NCBI GenBank assembly: GCA_963704755.1
Contig: OY969938.1
Span: forward strand, 720,001 to 752,000
DNA: 32,000 nt
Origin: an uncultured Chloroflexia bacterium
Lineage (GTDB): Bacteria; Chloroflexota; Anaerolineae; Anaerolineales; Anaerolineaceae
Direction: 5' to 3'
This document shows, in pieces, positions 1 to 7,047 of this stretch. The notes under the pieces were generated by a model that did not search any database, was not told the origin of the DNA, and saw nothing but the letters and a program-made list of their open reading frames with translations. A program made the translations under genes and the position numbers. Each line of letters starts with the position of its first letter. Position 1 is the first letter of the stretch.

Positions 1-146
1 ATCGCCTCGATGGCTTCCTGAGCAGCCAGAGAAGTATTGACCAGCTCGATGTCCTCGATTAAACCCAGTGTTTTTTGGAGATTTTTTTGTAACTGTGGAA
101 TATTTTCAACCAAAATAACCGAGATAAGATCACGCTCTCCTAGCAT
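1..146 (-). CDS. response-regulator receiver-domain protein, N-terminal fragment (gene runs off the window start)
   Basis: Too short for the ORF track. A reverse-strand ATG at 146-144 has GGAGG (152-156) 5 nt upstream. The translation MLGERDLISVILVENIPQLQKNLQKTLGLIEDIELVNTSLAAQEAIEA follows a NarL/FixJ-type receiver N-terminus, but the acidic pair position reads E-N rather than D-D. Confidence 0.45.
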   Translation of the reverse strand, partial: MLGERDLISVILVENIPQLQKNLQKTLGLIEDIELVNTSLAAQEAIEA

Positions 147-228
147 TCAGACCTCCAGGATATATACGTTTTGTATGGATTGGGCCAGGAAAGGATCAGG
201 ACCCCCATCAATACCGGTTGCAATTTCT

Positions 229-294
229 CGAAAAAAAGAAAGGTTTTCGGTTGGATTCTCTGGCGGCTACACCGCCAGAGAATCCAACCGAAAA
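229..294 (-). terminator. intrinsic-terminator-shaped hairpin (23-bp perfect stem, 5-nt loop, U-tract) with no upstream gene to terminate
   Basis: Arms 244-266 and 272-294 are perfectly complementary (TTTTCGGTTGGATTCTCTGGCGG / CCGCCAGAGAATCCAACCGAAAA). On the minus strand the stem is followed by CCTTTCTTTTTTTC (243-229). Confidence 0.4.
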
Positions 295-580
295 GTTCCA
301 GCCTCGAATATACGCTATGTATTATACATTTTCTGGCCTTTGGCAGCAATGGGAACGGCCTGTCCTGATCTTTCTCAAAGAATAGCAGTTCTATACCTTT
401 TCGGATATAAAAAACACATTAACTTAATAAATTTATCAAGTCACTCAATGGTTAAGGTGGTTATAATTGATCTAGTATATGATAACGAAGTCAAGTGGGT
501 CGTATATCCTTACCGATGTACAACCCCCGCCAAACGGTACATAAATTGCACCGGATTCGAAATCCATAGACGCAATCCGT

Positions 581-588
581 TGTATAAT
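581..588 (+). promoter_or_regulatory. candidate -10 box (TGTATAAT) for the HD-GYP gene
   Basis: TATAAT lies at 583-588 with TG immediately upstream, about 100 nt before the GTG start at 689 in an AT-rich intergenic region. No convincing -35 hexamer is present. Confidence 0.25.
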
Positions 589-688
589 TGTCAACGTGTC
601 CGGGGGGTTTGTACTCACCAAAACTCTCTGACGTTATCAACAAAAAACGATCTATAACGGATTCGTCTCATTTTATAGGGAGTAAGTT

Positions 689-2440
689 GTGGTCGATAAT
701 CCATCGGTCAAATCGGATAACGTCGTAGCCGCTGACAAGCCCAAAGAATCACAGAAAAATACAGGACCAGCTATGGTCACGCAAGAACTTCAAGAAGTTA
801 ATCCTCCCGAATTACACGTTGAAGCTACCGGTCAAGATGAGAAAAAAGATCCGGTTGTTCGTGCCTGGATTGCCAATAAGGTTCAACCCCTATCGGACGC
901 CATTCAGGAATGGAACCGCCTGCGCCATAAAATCCATAGTTACCCGGAAGCTACCCACCGACAATTAAAAGAAATCGAGCGGGAATTTACCCTTTACCGC
1001 CTGACCTTGACCGGTTTGAGCTATAAAGCCCCTCGCATCGAAGATGAGATCCTGGAAGTGTTCAACCGGGTCAACAACCAGATTCCGGTGATGGAGGAGC
1101 GCAACCATAAACGGCCGCTCTTACTGTACACCAATCCCTTGCTGCGTGAATTGGAGGAGTCCTGGGAGCACATTTTAGCCGATCAAGACCATCTGTGTAT
1201 GTTGCTCACCAAAGCGCCGAAAGGGCTGGAATTTTACAACCGCATGCAGATCGTTCGGGAGCAAAAACGCCAGGAAGAACTTCGCCAGAGGGAAAACGAG
1301 TCGCGTATCGAGACGGCCTACGAATCGATCAAAAAAGCGCTCAGCCTGGTCGAACATCAGTGCAAGGACGACGAACCGGTGCTGTTCGGCAACGAGATCC
1401 TCACCATTCAGGATGCCCAGAACCTGTGGAATGAAAACCTGACCGAGATTTTGACCATTCGGGATGCCCGCACAGCCGGCGTCGAAACCATCCTGGACAA
1501 AATGCATTCACTGGAAGAGACAATCCGCGATTACCCCTCGATCTCTAAACAGATCCAGCGAGTCGGCGAACGCTTTTCCCGCCTGATTGGTTATCACGAC
1601 CTGCTCTCCTCTTATGGAAAACGCATTATTCCCCAGGCCGAGATCGCGCGGGCATCCGCTATGATGTACGAGCAAATCCCGGCTTTGTGGTCTTCGGGTA
1701 ATTACTCTAATCTGAAGGTATACCTCGAACGGGTCGAAAATTTCCTGAATTTCTACGAAAACTCGGTTGAGTTGGAAGTGGCGATTGGCGAGCGTCGCCG
1801 TTCCGGGTTTACCCAAAACCTCACCTCCCCGGTTATCCCTGGGGCGAACGGGCTTTCTCCTTTGATCAACCTGGCCCGCGTGCTGGTCGCGGCCATCGAC
1901 CAGCGTGACCGCTTCATGGTCGGCCATTCCGACAGGGTCGCCAAGCTGGCCCTGGCCACCGGCCGTAAGCTGAACTGGTCCAGCTCGGAAATGGAATTTC
2001 TGGAAGTAGCTGCCTTGCTCCACGATATCGGTAAGATTTCTGTGCCGGAGTCCATCCTGACCAAGGTCAAACCGCTGACCTCGCAGGAATGGAAGATGAT
2101 CCAGATGCATCCTTACTACGGCGCCCAGATCGTCAAACAAATGAATGTGTTCAGCCGGATCGTCCCGTGGGTTTATCACCACCAGGAGCATTACGACGGC
2201 GGCGGCTACCCGGATCAATTAACCAAAAAGGATATTCCCACGGCCAGTTCGATTATTTCCGTCGCGGAGGCTTACACAATGATGACCTCCGAACTGCCAT
2301 ATCGGAAATCGGTTACGACCAATGAAGCCATGGTTAAAATTCAAAACGAATCCGAAAAGCAGTTCGACCCGGAAATCGTGGAAGCGTTTGTCGAAGGGGT
2401 ATCCGAAGAATTGGACAGCGAGAAACCTCTTGAACCCTAA
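689..2440 (+). CDS. HD-GYP domain c-di-GMP phosphodiesterase-type protein with a long uncharacterised N-terminal region
   Basis: 583-aa ORF. The C-terminus carries HD-GYP signatures: HSDRVAKLA, ALLHDIGKISVP and HHQEHYDGGGYP. The GTG start at 689 is preceded by AGGGAG (678-683). An alternative ATG lies at 774. Confidence 0.85.
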   Translation: MVDNPSVKSDNVVAADKPKESQKNTGPAMVTQELQEVNPPELHVEATGQDEKKDPVVRAWIANKVQPLSDAIQEWNRLRHKIHSYPEATHRQLKEIEREFTLYRLTLTGLSYKAPRIEDEILEVFNRVNNQIPVMEERNHKRPLLLYTNPLLRELEESWEHILADQDHLCMLLTKAPKGLEFYNRMQIVREQKRQEELRQRENESRIETAYESIKKALSLVEHQCKDDEPVLFGNEILTIQDAQNLWNENLTEILTIRDARTAGVETILDKMHSLEETIRDYPSISKQIQRVGERFSRLIGYHDLLSSYGKRIIPQAEIARASAMMYEQIPALWSSGNYSNLKVYLERVENFLNFYENSVELEVAIGERRRSGFTQNLTSPVIPGANGLSPLINLARVLVAAIDQRDRFMVGHSDRVAKLALATGRKLNWSSSEMEFLEVAALLHDIGKISVPESILTKVKPLTSQEWKMIQMHPYYGAQIVKQMNVFSRIVPWVYHHQEHYDGGGYPDQLTKKDIPTASSIISVAEAYTMMTSELPYRKSVTTNEAMVKIQNESEKQFDPEIVEAFVEGVSEELDSEKPLEP

Positions 2441-2455
2441 ACCTGGTTATGACCT

Positions 2456-2734
2456 ATGAAAGCACAACCCTTTATCCACTATGCACCTGAAACATGTGCC
2501 TTTTGCGGCGGCAATGGAAGTGGCCGTTGTAAGGATGGCAACGTGTACGACCGCTGCCCGGTCTGCAAGGGTATCGGCACAATCCTGGTCGCCCAGGCGG
2601 CCAAAAAATGTGCCTTTTGCTCCGGGGGAGGCAGTGGAATGTGTAACGATGGATACGTTTACGACCGTTGCCCGGTCTGCAATGGTACCGGCTGGGCGTA
2701 CGTTTTCGAAGATGACGGTGAAGAAAAAAAATAG
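2456..2734 (+). CDS. standalone DnaJ-type cysteine-rich zinc-finger protein (four CxxCxGxG motifs)
   Basis: The 92-aa ORF starts 15 nt after the HD-GYP stop. It holds two 38-aa internal repeats, each with CAFCxGxGSGxC...DRCPVCxGxG. The antisense and alternative-frame ORFs over the same span lack any motif. Confidence 0.7.
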   Translation: MKAQPFIHYAPETCAFCGGNGSGRCKDGNVYDRCPVCKGIGTILVAQAAKKCAFCSGGGSGMCNDGYVYDRCPVCNGTGWAYVFEDDGEEKK

Positions 2735-2775
2735 ATTGTGATTAATCCCTGAAATAGAAAAGGACAACCCGTGCC

Positions 2776-4038
2776 ATGCGATCCAGGCGGCGCAATGCAG
2801 GTTTTATCTCCATAATTATTTTGGTTCTCGCCATGGTAGGGGCGTCCTTTTTCCTCCTCAATCGGGCTCGTGTAGAAGCCAGAGCGTTACCCGCCAACTC
2901 GCCGGCAGAAAATGCCGGCCAACTCTATTCCATCGACGACCAGGCTCCGGCCTCCGGCGGTTTTTCGGTCCAACAGCCGGTCCGAATCGAAGCTACCCAC
3001 ACCCCGACCCTCACCGAGGGGCCGACCGGCCAAGCAGCCACAGCGCCAGCCACCCTTCAGCCAACTCCTCAAGAGACCCCCGAGCCCACCTCCCAACCAA
3101 CACCATCCCCGACGACGGTCCTGCCGCAGCAAACACCCGGATTTGTTCCCAATCCGGACGATAAGATTAAAACCTGTGCGGATATCTGGCAGGTCAGTGA
3201 AATTCCTTTCGACCTACCGGAGGTAATCAACTTCCCCCCCAGCATCGATTCGCTGGCCACGGACATCAATTACTATTACCTGGCGGCCATGCTGATCCAG
3301 AACAAAGCCGTAGACGCCAGCTCATGCCCGTTCAATGGCCTGCTGACTGCGACCAGCGCCAACGAATGTGGGGCGGAAATTGCCAAACCATTTATCCTTA
3401 ACTGGCAAAACCAATACGACACGAAAATCTTCGAGACCGGGGTCAAATATGGTGTGCCTTCCCGGCTGATCAAAAAGGTTTTCGCCCTGGAAAGCCAGTT
3501 TTGGCCGGGTATCTATATCGATATCACCGAGAGCGGCCTGGGCCAACTTAACGAATTGGGTGCCGACGCCTTATTGATGTACAACTCGCACTTCTTCGGC
3601 CAGTTCTGCCCACTTATCCTCAGCCAGTCAACTTGTGACCAGGGTTACCTGGGGATTGGCTCATCTGGACGGGCAATTTTGCGCGGAGCACTGGTCCGCC
3701 AGGTGGACGCCTCTTGCAAGGGCTGCTCGATGGGCATCGATACCGACCGGGCCTTGAACAGCATCCCCATATTCGCCGATTTAATTAAGGCCAATTGCAG
3801 CCAGGTGGACCAGATCATTTACAACGACACGGAAAAGAAATCCGGCTCCATCACCGATTATGTGGACCTCTGGAAGATTACCATGGCCAACTATAACGCC
3901 GGGCCAGGATGTATCGACGAGGCTGTCAATAAAGCCTGGATCAATACCGGCAAGGTCACCTGGGATACGGTCCAAAATTACCTCACCAGCGACCAGTGTT
4001 CCGGAGCTAAATTTTACGTCGGCGAAATTTTCAAATAG
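2776..4038 (+). CDS. membrane-anchored lytic transglycosylase (SLT domain) with a Pro/Thr-rich linker
   Basis: N-terminal TM segment (FISIIILVLAMVGASFFLL), then a PT-rich linker. The C-terminal region has SLT-like motifs ALESQFWPG, GLGQLNE and MANYNAGPG. Confidence 0.75.
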   Translation: MRSRRRNAGFISIIILVLAMVGASFFLLNRARVEARALPANSPAENAGQLYSIDDQAPASGGFSVQQPVRIEATHTPTLTEGPTGQAATAPATLQPTPQETPEPTSQPTPSPTTVLPQQTPGFVPNPDDKIKTCADIWQVSEIPFDLPEVINFPPSIDSLATDINYYYLAAMLIQNKAVDASSCPFNGLLTATSANECGAEIAKPFILNWQNQYDTKIFETGVKYGVPSRLIKKVFALESQFWPGIYIDITESGLGQLNELGADALLMYNSHFFGQFCPLILSQSTCDQGYLGIGSSGRAILRGALVRQVDASCKGCSMGIDTDRALNSIPIFADLIKANCSQVDQIIYNDTEKKSGSITDYVDLWKITMANYNAGPGCIDEAVNKAWINTGKVTWDTVQNYLTSDQCSGAKFYVGEIFK

Positions 4039-4849
4039 CGTCACCGCTTTCGGCTTCGACTTCGGCCGGCAGGACTTTCTCTACCCACAGTAGTGGGTCT
4101 TCGCTAAGTCCTATGGCCGGGTACACCAGGTCAACCAGGAATTCGGTATTGCCTTTGGGACCCAGCAAGGGCGAGCGCACCAATCCCTGGACGGTAAATC
4201 CTTCATTGGTCGCAAAAGCCAGCGTTTCCAGCAGTACCTTGCGATGGATCGCCGGATCACGGATCACCCCCTCGCCTTTGGCCGCATCTTTTTTGCCGGC
4301 TTCGAATTGGGGTTTGATCAAGGCCACCACCCGGCCGGGCTGGTTAACCAACCAGGTCTTGATGACCGGCAAGAGCACTCGCAGTGAGATGAACGACGCA
4401 TCGATGGTGACCAACTCGATGGGTTCCGCAAAGCCTTTAATGAAACGGGCGTTGGTGCGCTCCATAACCACCACCTGCGCGTGATTACGCATTTTCCAAT
4501 GCAAGATCCCATACCCCACGTCGACCGCAAAAACTTTGCCGGCGCCGTGCTGTAAGAGACAGTCGGTGAACCCCCCGGTTGAAGCACCCACATCCACGCA
4601 GACGCGCCCGCCCAGGGCGTCCAGGCCGAAGGCCAGCAGGGCAGCCTCCAATTTCTCACCCCCACGCGACACAAAGCGCGGTCCATGCTCGATTTCGATC
4701 GCGGCCGATTCATCGATTTTCGTGGCCGGCTTGAGAATCACCTGGCCATCTACCCTCACCTGCCCGGCCATTACCAGTCGTTGGGCCAATGTGCGCGATT
4801 CGGCCAATCCGCGCTCTTGAATCAATACATCCAGGCGAATTTTCGTCAT
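4031..4849 (-). CDS. tlyA: TlyA-family rRNA (cytidine-2'-O)-methyltransferase
   Basis: 272 aa. S4-like N-terminus (IRLDVLIQERGLAESRTLAQRLVMAGQVRVDG), FVSRGGEKLEAAL, and the FtsJ-type SAM motif VCVDVGASTGGFTDCLLQHGA. Confidence 0.9.
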   Translation of the reverse strand: MTKIRLDVLIQERGLAESRTLAQRLVMAGQVRVDGQVILKPATKIDESAAIEIEHGPRFVSRGGEKLEAALLAFGLDALGGRVCVDVGASTGGFTDCLLQHGAGKVFAVDVGYGILHWKMRNHAQVVVMERTNARFIKGFAEPIELVTIDASFISLRVLLPVIKTWLVNQPGRVVALIKPQFEAGKKDAAKGEGVIRDPAIHRKVLLETLAFATNEGFTVQGLVRSPLLGPKGNTEFLVDLVYPAIGLSEDPLLWVEKVLPAEVEAESGDAI

Positions 4850-4855
4850 GGGCCT

Positions 4856-4861
4856 ATTATA
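4856..4861 (-). promoter_or_regulatory. perfect TATAAT 6 nt upstream of the tlyA ATG (possible leaderless promoter)
   Basis: The minus strand reads TATAAT-AGGCCC-ATG. No Shine-Dalgarno fits between the box and the start codon. Confidence 0.3.
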
Positions 4862-4872
4862 TGCCCCTGTCT

Positions 4873-4925
4873 CCGAATATGAGGTGTTTGCCAGGGCGAA
4901 GACCTGGCAAACACCTCATATTCGG
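4873..4925. repeat. 53-nt perfect inverted repeat (23-bp arms, 7-nt spacer) in the divergent tlyA/ubiA-family intergenic region
   Basis: CCGAATATGAGGTGTTTGCCAGG (4873-4895) is the exact reverse complement of 4903-4925. No T-run follows on either strand. Confidence 0.8.
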
Positions 4926-4998
4926 GACTCTTAAAACTGAATCCGCCGTTTTAAACTTTGCCCAACCAAAATACTATAGCCCTATCCTACTCTTATGA

Positions 4999-5004
4999 TA
5001 TTAT
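4999..5004 (+). promoter_or_regulatory. TATTAT box 6 nt upstream of the prenyltransferase ATG (possible leaderless promoter)
   Basis: The sequence reads TATTAT-TGGGAC-ATG. No properly spaced Shine-Dalgarno is present. Confidence 0.25.
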
Positions 5005-5010
5005 TGGGAC

Positions 5011-5883
5011 ATGCTCCGGGCCATCATCCGTTCAATGCGTTTGAAGCAATGGACCAAGAATGCCTTCGTCCTAGCCGCCGTTGTATTTGACCGCCAGTTG
5101 GATCATCCCCAGGCAGTCCTGCGCTCGCTGGCAGCTTTTTTTCTGTTTTGTTTGCTCTCCAGCAGCGTTTACCTCATCAATGACATCCTGGATGTCGAAG
5201 CCGACCGCCGGCACCCGACCAAGCGTTTCCGCCCAATTGCGGCTGGCCAGTTACCCATCCCGGTCGCGGCTGGTGTGGCAGCCTTATTGGTTGTGTTTTC
5301 GCTGGCCGTTTCGTTTTACCTTTCTACCTGGTTTGGCGCCATTGGCCTGGTCTACTTCCTGACCAACCTGCTCTATTCGACCTACCTGAAGCACGTCGCG
5401 CTGATCGATGTGATGATCCTGGCGGCTGGGTTTGTGCTGCGGGTAGCCGGGGGTGTTTCGGTCATCCAGGTCCAACGTTTTTCACCCTGGCTGTACGTGG
5501 TCACTACCTTGCTGGCCCTGTACATCGGCCTGGGCAAGCGCCGCGCCGAGCTTTCCGAGATGGCCGAAGAAGCCATCAACACCCGCCGGGTTTTAGACGG
5601 CTACAGCATCGATTTGCTGGACCAACTGATCACCATCGTATCCAGCGCGACCATTGTGTCCTACAGCCTGTACACTTTTTCGGCGCCGAATGTGCCGGAA
5701 AACCACACCATGATGCTGACCATCCCGTTTGTGATTTATGGCGTGTTCCGCTATCTTTATCTGATTAAAATCAAAAACGCCGGCAGTGTTCCCGAAGAAT
5801 TGTTGCTGAAAGACCGGCCGCTTCAGGCAACCATCGGGCTGTGGGGGTTAGCCGTCATCATTGTTTTCTATTTTTCTTTATAA
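5011..5883 (+). CDS. UbiA-family prenyltransferase, decaprenyl-phosphate phosphoribosyltransferase-like
   Basis: 290 aa and polytopic. The N-terminal RLKQWTKN motif and Asp-rich NDILDVEADRRHPTKRFRPIAAG are typical of the Rv3806c-like UbiA subgroup. Confidence 0.8.
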   Translation: MLRAIIRSMRLKQWTKNAFVLAAVVFDRQLDHPQAVLRSLAAFFLFCLLSSSVYLINDILDVEADRRHPTKRFRPIAAGQLPIPVAAGVAALLVVFSLAVSFYLSTWFGAIGLVYFLTNLLYSTYLKHVALIDVMILAAGFVLRVAGGVSVIQVQRFSPWLYVVTTLLALYIGLGKRRAELSEMAEEAINTRRVLDGYSIDLLDQLITIVSSATIVSYSLYTFSAPNVPENHTMMLTIPFVIYGVFRYLYLIKIKNAGSVPEELLLKDRPLQATIGLWGLAVIIVFYFSL

Positions 5884-6042
5884 ACAAACCGGACCCTTCT
5901 ACAGGCTCAATCAAGAAGTTTCTGGATATGAGGTATTAGGTTGGGTTTGCCAACGCGGATTCCCCATATGCGAAGTTCTTACATAATCAGCGCTCAAATT
6001 GATAGGTTTTGACGGCCCGTAGCGGATAAACTAACCTTTCTT

Positions 6043-7047
6043 ATGCCTGCCATAACAGCTTCTGCGCCTGGAAAAACAATCCTGGTCGGTGAACATGCCG
6101 TGGTTCATCATCAGCCGGCTATCGCCGTACCGGTGCCTTGCCTTAAAGCGAAGGTCAACCTGAGGGCCAACCCCCTGGGTGAACCCGGTGCAGTCCACAT
6201 CCTGGCCCCGGGTGTGAACCTGGATGCCGGTCTGGACGAGCTGGACCAGCGCCACCCTATCCGTTTCGCGATCCAAACTGTCCTGGATTATTTCGAAATC
6301 CCGGCCCTGCCCGCGGTGGAAATCCACATCAGTTCCAGCCTCCCGGTTGGCGGTGGAATGGGTTCCAGCGCCGCGGTCAGTGTGGCCCTGATCCGTGGGG
6401 TTTCCGCATTTATCGGCCATCCGCTCGACAATTCGCTGGTCAACTTGCTGGCTTTTGAAGTCGAAAAATTACAGCATGGCAACCCCTCTGGCATCGATAA
6501 CACAGTCATCACCTACGCCCGGCCGATTTTCTATTCACGCGGCCAGCCTTTCGAAATCTTGCAGGTCCGTGAACCGGTCCACCTGGTGATTGCCGGCAGC
6601 GGTATTCAAGGCTCGACCGGCGCAATGGTTGCCGGGGTGCAGCAGCGTTTTCAACAACACCTCCAGCAATACCAGGAATATTTCGATCGAATCGGGACAA
6701 TCACGATGAAAGTCCGCCATATCCTGGAAGGCGGGCCGGTCGCGGAACTAGGCGCTTTGCTGAACGAAAACCAGACCTTGCTGGAAAAAATTGGCGTTTC
6801 CACCCCCGAATTGAACCACCTGGTGAATACTGCCCTGGCTGCCGGGGCCTTAGGCGCCAAACTGACCGGCGGCGGCGGCGGCGGGAACATCATCGCCCAG
6901 GCTGGCAGCGACCAGGTCGACGAAATTGCCGGGGCGCTCCAATCTGCCGGGGCGGTCAACACCACGGTTTGGACCATCCCAGCCAACTACACCGGAGTCC
7001 AAAGTGCTGATATTCTTGAAACTCGGCGGATCACTGATCACAGATAA
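6043..7047 (+). CDS. mvk: mevalonate kinase (GHMP kinase)
   Basis: 334 aa with APGKTILVGEHAVV, the GHMP motif SLPVGGGMGSSAAVSVA, and KLTGGGGGGN. Confidence 0.88.
   Translation: MPAITASAPGKTILVGEHAVVHHQPAIAVPVPCLKAKVNLRANPLGEPGAVHILAPGVNLDAGLDELDQRHPIRFAIQTVLDYFEIPALPAVEIHISSSLPVGGGMGSSAAVSVALIRGVSAFIGHPLDNSLVNLLAFEVEKLQHGNPSGIDNTVITYARPIFYSRGQPFEILQVREPVHLVIAGSGIQGSTGAMVAGVQQRFQQHLQQYQEYFDRIGTITMKVRHILEGGPVAELGALLNENQTLLEKIGVSTPELNHLVNTALAAGALGAKLTGGGGGGNIIAQAGSDQVDEIAGALQSAGAVNTTVWTIPANYTGVQSADILETRRITDHR

Noticed and set aside
553-565. tRNA T-arm-like GGATTCGAAATCC
   Set aside because: The stem would leave only a 3-nt loop, and there are no acceptor, D or anticodon arms around it.
520-615. 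c-di-GMP riboswitch upstream of the HD-GYP gene
   Set aside because: GCCAAACGG and GACGCAATCC loosely recall the GGCAAA and GACGCAAAGCC words of GEMM-I. However, there is no GNRA tetraloop and receptor pair or matching P1/P2 architecture, and the segment lies upstream of the likely -10 box. A covariance-model scan with Rfam RF01051 and RF01786 would settle it.
37-657. 206-aa plus-strand ORF covering the first intergenic region
   Set aside because: It runs antisense through the response-regulator start, straight through the 23-bp hairpin and across the AT-rich spacer. Its composition (rich in C, R, Y, S) is not protein-like, and it has no Shine-Dalgarno.
1508-2218. Long antisense or alternative-frame ORFs inside well-supported genes: 1508-2218, 7708-8424, 15397-16254, 19631-20641, 22790-23749, 24659-25387 and 29956-30909
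   Set aside because: These are typical stop-poor shadow frames of GC-rich coding DNA. Each overlaps a gene with clear family motifs, and their translations are Arg/Gly/Pro-rich with no motifs.
6926-7003. ATG at 6926 as the IPK start
   Set aside because: It would overlap mvk by 122 nt and add a Pro/Arg/Ser-rich extension. The GTG at 7004 has a GGAG and matches the conserved N-terminus.
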